Source: Squalus acanthias
Lineage: Eukaryota
NCBI GenBank assembly: GCA_030390025.1
Contig: CM059431.1
Location: forward strand, 104,100,001-104,164,000
Reading direction: 5' to 3'
DNA: 64,000 nt
The position numbers and the translations under genes were made by a program. Below, one piece after another: positions 50,237-62,168 of the stretch. The notes below the pieces were generated by a model. It worked only from the letters and a program-made list of their open reading frames with translations. It was not told where the DNA came from and did not search any database. Positions within the stretch are counted from its first letter, which is position 1. The number at the start of each line of letters is the position of its first letter.

Positions 50237-51120
50237 GGCCCTGATATTTATGGGGAGATGGGGAGGGAGCGGGGTGGGGCGGGGGGGGAGGCGGTGGGTG
50301 GGGGGGGCGCGCTGTTTAATGCTCAGGAAACCCATAACCCAGAAGAACAGTTTTACCTCAGCTCCTGCCGAATTTAACGGCAGGAAATGACTACCATTTT
50401 TGGACTCCGGTTCCTGGCCGCAGCCAGCCAGATTGAGAGGCTGGCTGTCGGGTGAGTAGACCTGTGGCAAAAGGCCGCAGCCGGGGAGTGGAGAGAAGGG
50501 AGGGCGAGATTGGGAGTCGGGGGCGGGGGGGGCGGCGGGGGGTGGACGGGACATTGATCGGTGGGGGGGCCCGAACAGATCGGGGAGGAGAGGAGAAGAT
50601 CACGGGGGGCCCCTGGAGGAGATCGGCGGGGTGGGGGCAGGGAGGAGCTTGTGGGCCGTGGAGGGCATCGGGAGGGCATAGGATTTGGGGGGGTGGTGGT
50701 CTGATTGCTGGGCCAGTTAACAGGCTTGCTTGGTGGGCCAGGGGGTTGGGGGGGGGGGGAGGGGAAGCACTCCTGCTCCTCTTGGCCCACAAGCAGCGCT
50801 GGAAAGGCACTTACCTCTATCCACACAGCAGTCCTCGCCTCCCTTCAGCTGCCGGGTTTCCCGAGGCCTGGGAAACCCAGCCGGCCAGTGTTAAAGCTGG
50901 AAGAGAGATAAAATCTGATGGGCGCGCAGCCTCATTAGAATATTTAAATGAGGGGCCCACCTCCTGGGAGTGGGTTGGTTGCCTGTCAACCCGTCCCGCC
51001 TCCATTAAAACCGGAAGTGGGCGGCTTCGAGGCGGTTTGGGTTTGGGTTTGAAATGTTTTACATTTTAACTTCCCACCCGAGCCAAACCCATCCGATTAT
51101 GGGGGTTAAATTTACCCCCC
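50237..51120. mobile_element. Harbinger-type MITE, G-rich
   Basis: AAT TSD on both sides; termini GGCCCTGATATTTA / TAAATTTACCCCCC. Confidence 0.75.
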
Positions 51121-51774
51121 AATGTGTCGGAGCACTGTAGTGTCCTTTTTAACAAACAAAAAAAAGCACTGTTTAGCTGTTAGGCATCATGCTAAGCTTA
51201 GTCATCTGATTGCAGGTCCTCCACTGCTTAGCAGGTGAGTCATCTAATCAGAGGAAAATGAAGCTAGACAGATCTTCATATATATTTCCTTTTGATAAAC
51301 GAAGAGGTAACCCTTCTGAGCATACCTGTCTGGAACACTACAGAAAGCTTTATTAATGCATGAAAGCAAATTGCTGTAATTTAAATTTTACACCTTGAAA
51401 GCACTCCTCCAAGGGAGGTTTTTTTAGCCCTTGTACTAACTGACATGTCTAATGAGTTCTATCACTGTGGGCTGTTATACTCAAATGAGAGCGCGTCAGA
51501 ATTTTGGTACAACAAACACGTGTACGTCCCTGACTACACTATTAGCGAGCCACTTTAGAGACTTTGATGGATTTTTAAAAGTAGTTGAATGATGCCCAGT
51601 CTTCGGCGTGTTTTAAATATATAAAAAAAATGCCAAGCTGCATTACTTGAGAGTAGCCAGATTGTTCTTTAACAAAAAGCATGTTACCGCGGATGGTGGA
51701 AATCGGGAATGAAAACCGAAAATGCTGGAAAGCGCTCAGCAGGTCAGGCGGCCTCTGTGGAGAGAGAGAGACAG

Positions 51775-51811
51775 AGTTAACGTTTCAGGTCGACGACCTT
51801 TCATCAGATTT
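51775..51811 (-). ncRNA. Hammerhead-like motif, family B, in a Penelope pLTR fragment (about 51690-51811)
   Basis: Minus strand CTGATGA-A-AGGTC gtc GACCT-GAAA-CG-TT-AACT. Confidence 0.6.
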
Positions 51812-52005
51812 ATAATTTAGCTGTTCTAAAAAACATGTTGACGCTATTAATATTTGAGATAAACTACCCGTTGTCAAACCTGCTACATTCGAAAAAATGC
51901 TGCTGAGTTTCAGTTTACCTTCTGAAAATTGGCAGGATTTGCAAAAACCTCCACACGAATTCTCAGTCCAACTCCTTCAACTTTCAGGCCATCAGCTGTG
52001 CATTT

Positions 52006-52866
52006 TAAGAACATAAGAAATAGGAGCAGGAGTCGGCCATTCGAGCCTGCTCCGCCATTCAATAAGATCATGGCTGATCTTTGACCTCAACTCTACTTTC
52101 CCGCCCGATCCCCATATCCCTTGATTCCCTTAGTATCCAAAAATCTATCGATCTCAGCCTTGAATATACTCGATACAGAACGTGACTTGACATCATGGCC
52201 GGTCTTCCCAGGTGTTTTTTTTTTTAAAAAGACTAACACAAGAACACAAATTGACAGGATATGCAGCCAGCAGGTGGTTTGACACGTTGGACCCCCTGGG
52301 ACACATTTCATTGTCTTGGCTGTGCTCTTTGTTGTAGGGAAAGATGTGAATAGATTTTGTCTGTGTTTAAATTGTGAATTCTGGGAGATTCTCTCACTGC
52401 TAACTTACCTGACGAAGGAGCGAACTGCTCCGAAAGCTTGTAAAATTAAATAAATCTGTTGGACTATAACCTGGTGTTGTGCGACTTCTCATTTTTGTCC
52501 ACCCCAGTCCAACGCCGGCATCTCCACATCTTGAATATACTCAACAACTGAGCATCCACAGTCCCTCTGGGGTAGAGAATTCCAAAGATTCACCACCCTC
52601 TGAGTAAAGAAATTTTTCTTCATCTCAGTCCTAAATGGCCGACCCCTTATCCTGAGACTGTGACCCCTGGTTCTAGACTCCCCAGCTAGGGGGAAACAGC
52701 CTCTCAGCATCTACCCTGTCAAGCCCTTTAAGAATTTTATACATTTCAATGAGATCACCTCTCATTCTTCTAAACTCCAGAGAATATAGGCCGAGTCTAC
52801 TCAATCTCTCCTCATAGGACAATCCCCCCATCCCAGGAATCAGTCTGGTGAACCTTTGTTGCACTC
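52006..52866 (-). mobile_element. CR1 3' fragment, interrupted at 52172-52529
   Basis: YEERLSRLGLYSLEFRRMRGDLIE..FFTQRVVNLWNSLP; TAAGAACATAAGAA tail. Confidence 0.9.
52172..52529 (+). mobile_element. Penelope-type short insertion (family A, longest copy) with hammerhead motif at 52405-52443
   Basis: 13-bp TSD CTTGAATATACTC; TTAC-CTGACGA-A-GGAGC gaact GCTCC-GAAA-GCTT-GTAA. Confidence 0.85.
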
Positions 52867-53059
52867 CATTTTGATTTCCTATTTCATTCCCAGGTTATTT
52901 TCTTCCCATTTTCCCTTGGTCTCCACACCAGTTTCTGCCATTTTCTGCAGACTTCCATTTTGAGACAACTTGTGCCAAAATTGAATCTTTAGCTTTAACT
53001 TGGTAACAGTTCCTTTAATTCAGCCGCAATACTCAAGAGGTTTAAAAACCAGCTCCGTT

Positions 53060-53905
53060 CAACAACAACAACAACAACAACTAACATTTATATAGCGCCT
53101 TTAACGTAGTACAACGCCCCAAGGCGCTTCACAGGAGCGTTATCAAACACAATTTGACACCGAGTCACAGAAGGAGATAGTAGGACATGTGACCAAATGC
53201 TTGGTCAAAGGGGTAGGTTTTTAAGCAGCGTCTCAGGGTACAGAGGAGATTTACAAGGCTGTTGCCAGGACTGGAGAATTGTATCTATGAGGAAAGACTG
53301 GATAGGCTGGAGTTGTTTTCTTCGGAACGGAGGAGGCTGAGGGGAGACTTGATTGAGGTGTATATAATTATGAGGGGCCTGGATAGAGTGGATAGGAAGG
53401 ACCTATTTCCCTTAGCAGCGAGGTCAATAGCCAGGGGGCATAGATTTAAAGTAATTGGTCGGAGGATTAGAGGGGAGTTGAGGGGAACTTTTTTCACCCA
53501 GAGGGTGGTGGGGGTCTGGAACTCACTGCCTGAAAGGGTGGTAGAGGCAGAAACCCTCATCACATTAAAAAAGTACTTGGATATGCTCTTGAAGTGCCGT
53601 AACCTACAGGGCTACGGACCAAGAGCTGGAAAGTGGGATTAGGCTGGAGAGCTCTTTTTCATCCGGCACAGACGATGATGGGCCGAATGGTCTCCTTCTG
53701 TGCCGTAAATTTCTATGATCCTAAAGGAGGAGAGAGAGGTGGAGAGACAGAGAGGCTCAGGGAAGGAATTCCTGAGCTTAGGACCCAGACAGCAGAAGGC
53801 ACGGCTGCCAGTGGTGGAGCGATGAAAATCAGGGATGCGCAACAGGCCAGAATTGGAGGAGCGCAGCGATCTCGGAGGCATGCAAGGCTGGAGGAGGTCA
53901 CAGAA
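53060..53905. mobile_element. L2 3' end (-) interrupted by a CR1 3' end (+, about 53234-53721)
   Basis: L2 gcagcgtct...aaaggaggagagagagg is continuous across the CR1 ORF at 53262-53642. Confidence 0.85.
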
Positions 53906-54319
53906 GCATTGCCTCAGTCTTAAGCCTATAGGAATGTTGTAAAGACAATTCAGTATCTCAGAAGCTGTTCTCTTGATGGTAGAATCCAGCCTGTACATTT
54001 CAAACACAAGTAACTGTGAAACTCGTTCAGTTCCATGAGTGACTGGCAGGTCCTGAAGATCTGACAGTTATTCACAATTATGAAACTGCAGCAACTATTT
54101 CCAGTTAATTATTTGGCTTGCACTGCCCAAATTAGAAGGAATTGGCTGGAAGTTATGAAGAGAATAAGTCAGGCCAATTAATCCCCGCCGTTGGTAAGAA
54201 CAGAAGAGACATATTACTGTGTATATACTTATAAAATATATCTTAGTACGAGAGATTGTGGACCATTTTTGTTATTTTCTTTATTTTGAGGAGTTAATAC
54301 AGTCCAACATTTACTGTAA

Positions 54320-55510
54320 GTCATAGAGTCATAACGGCACAGAAGGAGGCCATTCAGCCCATCGAGTCCGTGCCGGCTCTCTGTAGAGCAATCCAGTCAG
54401 TCCCATTCCCCCACTCTATCCCCGTAGCCCTGCAAGTTTATTTCCCTCAAGTGCCTATCCAGTCTCCCCTTGAAAACATTGAGTGTTTCCGCTTCCACCA
54501 CTTCCGTCGGCAGCGAGTTCTAAGTCCTCACCACTCGCTGCGTAAAAAAGTTTTTTCTCACAGCCCCCCCGTATCTCTTGCCCAAAACCTTAAATCTGTG
54601 TCCCCTAGTCCTTGTACCATCAACTAGTGGGAACAGCCTTTCCCCGTCTAGCCTATCCAAACCCGTCATAATCTTGTACACCTCGATCCTTTGCTCTAAT
54701 GAAAACAAATCCAGCTTCTTCAACCTGTCCTTGTAGCTTAGATCCCCCACCCCCGGAACCATTCTGGTAAATCTCCTCTGCACCCTCTCAAGGGCCTTCA
54801 CATCCTTCCTAAAGTGTGGTGACCAGAACTGGACGCAATACTCCAGTTGTGGCCTAACCAGCGCTTTATAAAAGTTCAGCATAAATTTCTCTACTTTTGT
54901 ACTCAATACCTCTATTTATGAATCATGATACGGAGATGCCGGCGTTGGACTGGGGTGGACAAAAATGAGAAGTCGCACAACACCAGGTTATAGTCCAACA
55001 GTTTTATTTAAATTTTCGAGCTTTCGGAGCTGCTGCTCCTTCGTCAGGTAGAGGTACAGTGAGGGAATCTAATACACAGTATATATACACAGAGAGCGAC
55101 TTGACTGCAGAGATACAATCCATCAGGAAGGCACTACATCAAAGAAACATCAGAGCACAGCCAAGACAATGAGGTGGGTCACAGGGGGTCCAACGTGTCA
55201 AACGTTAGACCCCCTGTGACCCACCTCATTGTCTTGGCTGTGCTCTGATGTTTCTTTGATGTAGTGCCTTCCTGATGGATTGTATCTCTGCAGTCAAGTC
55301 GCTCTCTGTGTATATATACTGTGTATTAGATTCCCTCACTGTACCTCTACCTGACGAAGGAGCAGCAGCTCCGAAAGCTCGTAATTTTAAATAAAACTGT
55401 TGGACTATAACCTGGTGTTGTGCGACTTCTCATTTCTATTTATGAAACCCAAGATCCCATATGCTTTGCTAACCACACTCTCAATATCTCCCGCCACCTT
55501 CAGGGACCTG
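54320..55510 (-). mobile_element. CR1 fragment split by a palindromic insert
   Basis: YKALVRPQLEYCVQFWSP..; CR1 resumes at 55435. Confidence 0.9.
54923..55434. mobile_element. Fold-back Penelope-type insertion (family A); hammerhead motifs at 55014-55051 (-) and 55347-55384 (+)
   Basis: 12-bp TSD TCTATTTATGAA; near-perfect arms of about 233 bp around the loop GTCAA (55197-55201). Confidence 0.9.
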
Positions 55511-55784
55511 TATCAGGGAAGCATATCTTACTCTTATTTATTTGCTTGTTCATCTATTCCAATAAATGTGTTTGGCAGTTAAAGCCTACATCAAAATCTG
55601 CTGTTATTGTCTCTCTGCTGCTTCTTGAAGATAAGAATCCTGTGGAGGCACAGAGTAGAGCCAAGGGAGAATGAAATCTAAAGAAAAGAGGCTAGAAATT
55701 CCTGTCACGCCTCAATGGCACCAACTCCCTGGTGGGACGGGACTTCTGCCCACCAGTCTGGAGTGCCACTGACCCCATTCATAG

Positions 55785-56912
55785 GATTACATTACATAGT
55801 ATTACATGGCACAGAAACAGGCCATTTGGCCCAACCAGTCCATCCCGGCGTTTATGCGCCACACGAGCCTCCTCCCGTCTTTGAGATGAGGAGAAATTTC
55901 TTCACTCAGAGGGTCGTGAACCGTGGAATTCTCTACCACAGAAGGCTGTGAAGACCAAGTCACTGAATATATTTAAGAAGGAGATAGATAGATTTCTAGA
56001 CACAAAATGCGTCAAGGGGTATGGGGAGAGCATAGAAGCATAGAAGATAGGAGCAGGAGTAGGCCATTCGGCCCCTCGAGCCTGCTCCGCCATTTATTGA
56101 GATCATGGCTGATCATCCAAATTCAGTACCCTGTCCCTGCTTTCTCCCCATATCCCTTGATCCCTGCTTTCTCCCCATATCCCTTGATCCCTTTAGCCTA
56201 AAGAAATATATCTATCTCCTTCTTGAATATATTTAATGAATTGGCCTCAACTGCCTTCTGTGGTAGAGAATTCCACAGGTTCACCACTCTCTGGGTGAAG
56301 AAATTCCTCCTCATCTCAGTCCTAAATGGCTTACCCCTTATCCTTAGACTGTGACCTCTGGTTCTGGACTCCCCCGCCATCGGGAACATCCTTCCTGCAT
56401 CTAGTCTGTCTAGTCCTGTTAGAATTTTATAAGTTTCAATGAGATCCCCTCTCATTCTTCTAAATTCTAGCGAATATAAGCCTAATCGACCCAATCTCTC
56501 TTCATACGTCATTCCTGCCATCCCAGGTATCAGTCTGGTGAATCCTCGCTGCACTCCCTCCATGGAAAGAACATCCTTCCTCAGATAAGGCGACCAAAAC
56601 TGCACACAATACTCAAGGTATGGTCTCACCAAGGCCCTGTACAACTACAGCAAGACATCCTTGCTCCTGTACTCGAATCCTCTCGCTATGAAGGCCAACA
56701 TACCATTTGCCTTCTTAACCGCCTGCTGCACCTGCATGCTTACCTTCAGCTACTGGTGCACAAGGACACACAGGTCTCGTTGCACTTCCCCTTTTCCCAA
56801 GAGAGAGCAGGAATATGGTATTGAGATAGAGGATCAGCCATGATCATATTGAATGGCGGAGCAGGCTCGAAGGGCCGAATGGCCTACTCCTGCTCCTATT
56901 TTTCTATGTTTC
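55785..56912. mobile_element. Nested CR1 fragments (a - copy at about 56030-56795 inside a + 3' end)
   Basis: + copy ggggtatggggagag...gagagcaggaatatgg is split by the minus ORF 56198-56644. Confidence 0.85.
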
Positions 56913-57549
56913 TAAATCCATTCAGGAAAAGTTGGTTCTGCCTTTGCTACTTTGTGATGCCCCCATGTGGCTGTCTGGCACAAATGCAACCGCCTTTAAT
57001 AATCCATCAGAAAATCTGTTACACTTTGATTTCAAATTCATTTTTTCCCAGGACTATGTCCCAAATGAAAAATTCATTGCAATGGTAAAATTCAGATGGA
57101 ATTGTGCATGACTTGGTGCTCACTTTTCCATCCGTACTCACTTAGGGAGAAGAAAGGACCATCATTTATTTTACAGTATGATATTGAATTTTTTTTTAAA
57201 GTGCAGATATATTTTTTACGATGCCATTACATATTTATTGCGCAAGGTTTGCACGAGGAGTGTGTACGGATAGGTTCAGGTTTCTTGGCATGTCTGTGCT
57301 TCTCCTGGGTGAATGATGGATTGTGACCCTGTCGCATTCCTCCAGTTTGAAGCAGAGGTCGAACATCACTCAATCTAACTGGCTGAGCACAACATCTGCT
57401 TCAGCCACACACGCAGGGAAAGATGAACATTCTTGTAGCCAGTGGAGAGAGTTGGGCTACCCTCCTCATTGTGGGATTCTCACTCTCCTGCGTGCAGGCC
57501 CAGCAAACACTGAGCTCGCTCCTTTGGGATCACAAGATGATTCATAGTA

Positions 57550-57904
57550 CAGGAAACTCTTTGGTATCCAGCACCGACGGGACCGGGATGGTGCCGGTTG
57601 ATTAAAAATTCTGGATAATGGAGAGGTATATCTACCGAGGCTATTTTTAAAAAACAAAAATAAAAAAATCAAGAAATGTGCAGTATAATTGGGTACTCCC
57701 CGACAGAATGTTGTGTTAAATGGATGGTAGAAAATGATTGATTAAGTACAGTAATGCCAGTTGAGGGTAATCCATAACTCTTTAATTACTTAACAGTAAA
57801 ACAAAACTTATAAACGACTGTATACTGTAGATTTCGGAGTATGAATTCTGCCAGTTATTAGAGAATTCCGGATATTTAGGTGCTGTTTAAACGAGAGTTT
57901 CCTG
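57550..57904. mobile_element. Tc1/mariner (Tigger-like) MITE
   Basis: TA-CAGGAAACTCT ... AGAGTTTCCTG-TA. Confidence 0.85.
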
Positions 57905-58398
57905 TACTTAGTATCCTCCTGGACTGCTATTCAGACAGGCTGGATATGGGTGGGGTGGGGAGTGAGGTTTGAGAAAGATAAGGAAGACCTTGCATTTATA
58001 TAGTACCTTTCATGACCTCAGGATGTCCACCAGTGTTTTATAGCCATTGAAGTACCTTTGAAGTGTAGTCACTGTTGTAATGTAGGGAATTACCTCAATA
58101 AGTAGAGGAGATCCACTGGCCGCAGTCCCCTCCTGCAATTGTCTGGTATGGAGGGATAACACCTGTACAGCTTCTTTTGGATATGTGTGATACATGATCT
58201 TCAACTAAACTTTGCACATTTCTTTGCAAGTGGCAGTGTTAAAGAGCTGCCTCTATAGCTCACATCACTTCTCCTCTGTTAACTGATGACTTAGGTCTTG
58301 TTTCCAGATTTAACTCAGATTTCCTGTCCAATCTCTGATCATGAAGGTGAACATGGTGCAGAGGATAGGAATGTGTTCAAAGGGGAGTGGGGTAGGTG

Positions 58399-59120
58399 TT
58401 CCATGGGGAGAACAGATAGAGATATATGGGGAATGGAGATAGAGTTCCATGGGGAGAGGAGAAATAGTTCCATGGGGTGAGGAGAAAGAGCTCCATGGGG
58501 AATGGAGAAAGAGTTCCATGGGGAATGGAGAAAGAGTTCCATGGGGAATGGAGAAAGAGTTCCATGGGGTGAGGAGAAAGAGCTCCATGGGGAATGGAGA
58601 AAGAGTTCCATGGGGAATGGAGAAAGAGTTCCATGGGAATGGAGAAAGAGTTCCATGGGGAATGGAGAAAGAGTTTCATGGGGAAGGGAGAAAGAGTTTC
58701 ATGGAGAATGGAGAAAGAGTTCCACGGGGAATGGAAAAAGAGTTTCATGGGATGAGGAGAAAGAGTTCCATGGGGAGAGAAGAAAGAGTTCCACGGGGAA
58801 TGGAGAAAGAGTTCCATGGGGAGAGGAGAAAGAGTTCCATGGGGAGAGGAGAAAGAGTTCCATGGGGAGAGAAGAAAGAGTTCCACGGGGAATGGAGAAA
58901 GAGTTCCATGGGGAGAGGAGAAAGAGTTCCATGGGGAGAGGAGAAAGAGTTCCATGGGGAGAGGAGAAAGAGTTCCATGGGGAGAGGAGAAAGAGTTCCA
59001 TGGGGAATGGAGAAAGAGTTCCATGGGGAGAGGAGAAAGAGTTCCATGGGGAATGGAGAAAGAGTTCCATGGGGAATGGAGAAAGAGTTCCATGGGGAAT
59101 GGAGAAAGAGTTCCATGGGG
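58399..59120. repeat. 23-bp purine-rich minisatellite, about 31 copies
   Basis: Unit CCATGGGGA(AT/GA)GGAGAAAGAGTT. Confidence 0.95.
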
Positions 59121-60007
59121 ACTTGCTCACACTTAATTCTGAAGGTCGTGCCTCATCTAGAAATAGCAGCATTGGTCATGTTGGGATAGGTGACATTTGA
59201 TTCCTTTTGTAGAGGGTGGCATGTTTCAGTGTAAGATCCACACAAGGTATTTAAAGCTGGCTCCTGACCATTCAAAGGGGTAGAATTCCCATATTTATGT
59301 GGCATGTCCCGTATGACAGATACGCCCTCTGTTTTAGAGTAGTTGAGTTGGTCCCTGGATAATTAGCCAAACTCTTTAATACTTTGAAAGAGGCTGGACA
59401 GTGAGGGGGTTAAGTTAATCATGTATGCTGTCCGTATATTTTTTTTATTCGGTTCTCCTGCATGTACTCAGTGGATGCCTGGGTTCACTCTGACACATAT
59501 CACTAGAGGTTACTGCTGAGTATTTCCAGCATTTTCTGTTTTTATCACTGGAGATGCTATTGCCAGGGCAAGCAGGAAGGGTGATAGGCGCATTCCTATC
59601 CGGTCTCTCGGTGGAATGTGAATGCAAAGGACCTGAGTCCATTGGTGTACACTGTAGATGTGGGGTATGAGGGCAGGAATTTTAATCCACTTCCATGTGT
59701 CGCCAAAGGCTATTCTCTTGAGTGTGGTGGGGAGGAATTTCCACTCCAGAAGATCGAATTCCCTTGCTGCATCCAGGAAGGGTACCAGGGCAGGCATCTT
59801 GGTGTCATTACAATGGTGCACCACAATAAATAGCTGCCTGGTGTTGTCCATCAGGCAGCAGGCCCTTATGAGGCATGTTTGGTCTGGTGAACCAGCCCAG
59901 GGATGGCTGCATCTTGTCTGAAGACTTAGAATTTGGTCAATATTTTATAGTCAGCAAAAGGAGAAGCTAGATAAGTACAGGAAGGAGAAAGGAATAGAAG
60001 GCTATGT

Positions 60008-60640
60008 TGTCAGCTGTAGCACTCTCGCCTTTGAGTCAGAAGGTTGTGGGTTCAAGTCCCATTCCAGAGACCTGAGCACATAAAGCTAGGCTGAATATAT
60101 TTAAGAGGGAGATAGATAGATTTCTAGACACAAAAGGCATCAAGGGGTATGGGGAGAGAGCGGGAATATGGTATTGAGATAGAGGATCAGCCATGATCAT
60201 ATTGAATGGCGGAGCAGGCTCAAAGGGCCGAATGGCCTACTCCTGCTCCTATTTTTCTCTGTTTCTATGTTTCTGACACTCCAGTGCAGTACTGAGGGAG
60301 TGCTGCACTGTTGTAGGTGCCATCTTTTGGATGAGACATTAAACCACGGCCCCGTCTGCTCCCTCAGGTGGATGTAAAAGATCCCAAGGCACTATTTCAA
60401 AGAAGAGCAGGGGAGTACTCCTGGCCAATATTCATCCCTCAACCAGCATCACTAAAACAGATTATCTGGTCATTATCACATTGCTGTTTGTGGGAGCTTG
60501 CTGTGTGCAAATTCGCTGCCGCGTTTCCTACATTACAACAGTGACTACACTTCAAAAAGTACTTAATTGGCTGTAAATCGCTTTGAGACGTTCCCTAATT
60601 TCATTAAAAGGCGCTGTATAAATGCAAGCCTTCCTTGTAC
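60008..60640 (+). mobile_element. Deu-SINE interrupted by a CR1 3' end (about 60093-60272)
   Basis: SINE ctaggctga|...|cactccagtgcag reads continuously across the insert. Confidence 0.85.
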
Positions 60641-60864
60641 AGGATAAGATGAAGTAGGGTGGGAGGAGGCTCATGTGGAGCATAAACACTGGCATGGACT
60701 AGTTGGACCGAATAGCCTGTAAAATTCCATGTAAGGAGGGATATAAACTGTATGACAATCATGGAGTGGCATCCTTACCTTTTTTATATATTAACATGAC
60801 TGCGATTGTCTTGAAGATGTCTGGGAGGGTCTTTGTCCCCAGTGCATAGTGTAGGAGTTTCAAT

Positions 60865-61332
60865 AGAAAGACTTGCATTTACATAGCGCCTTTCATGAGC
60901 ACCGGACGTCTCAAAGCGCTTTACAGCCAATGAAGTGCTTTTGAAGTGGAGTCACTGTTGTAATGTGAGAAATGCAGCAGCCAATTTGCGCACAGCAAGG
61001 TCCCACAAACAGCAATGTGATAATGACCAGATAATCTGTTTTTATTATGTTGGTTGAGGGATAGATAATGGCCCCAGGACATCGGGGAGAACTCACCTGC
61101 TCTTCTTCGAAATAGTGCCGCGGGATCTTTTACGTCCACCCGAGAGAGCAGACGAGGCCTCGGTTTAACGTCTCATCCGAAAGACGGCACCTCCGACAGT
61201 GCAGCACTCCCTCAGCACTGCACTGGGAGTGTCAGCCTAGCTTTCTGTGCACAAGTCTGTGGAGAGGGTCGTCAACCCACAACCTTCTGACTCAGAGGCG
61301 AGGGTGCTACCCACTGAGCCATGGCTGACACT
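60865..61332 (-). mobile_element. Full-length Deu-domain SINE
   Basis: Same motifs as the other copies. Confidence 0.9.
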
Positions 61333-62168
61333 GAACACAGAAGAAGAAGAAACTCCAAGAGTAGGGCCTTGTAGCATAGCTATTAGCCCCTGGAGCTTTA
61401 CCAAAGCTTTTTACCCCCAGTTTGACCTCATTAGCTGACTGTATCTTTGCTGGGAGAGTCGGGGGGAGGTTGAAGCAATGTTGTGAAGTTTCTTGTTGCG
61501 TGTCCCTGATATTGAGAGAAGAGCACGGTGTGCTAGTTTACAAACACCTTGTTGCTCTCACATTTTTTCTTTTTAAGCAGCTTTGGGGCATTTAAAACTG
61601 TTTTGTTCTGGAGTAGAAAGTTGTTACATTATTAATGTAACTTTTAAGGATCGTCACAGGATTGGATCCATTATAAAGGACAGAGAAACTATCGGGTGGA
61701 TTAGCAAATGATGTAAGGACCAATAATAAATGCTTCGTTTTAGTCAGTGTCAAGGGGCAGACTGGCGGATCATAGAATCATAGAAGATAGGAGCAGGAGT
61801 AGGCCATTCGGCCCCTCGAGCCTGCTCCGCCATTCAATGCGATCATGGCTGATCATCCAAACTCAGTACCCTGTCCCTGCTTTCTCCCCATATCCCTTGA
61901 TCCCTTTAGCTTTAAGAAATATATCTAACTCCTTCTTGAATATATTTAATGAAACGTTACATTTGCAAACACTGGAGAATAAATGATCAAAAGAGCCTGA
62001 GCAAAGGATGAGGTCTTGTGCATTAACAACTCCAATTTTGTCTATTTTTGTATAATCTTGGGTATAGTCAGATTTGTGTATTGTTTATTATGAGAATATT
62101 CAAAGAGCCGGCACAGGCACCAAGGGCCGCTTGGCCTCCTTCTGTGCTGTAAGTTTCCATGATTCTGA

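Noticed and set aside
50174..51069. Pro/Gly-rich ORFs and an apparent CpG-island promoter
   Set aside because: Contained in a TSD-flanked G-rich MITE.
58310..59200. ORFs of 230-246 aa
   Set aside because: Translations of the 23-bp tandem repeat.
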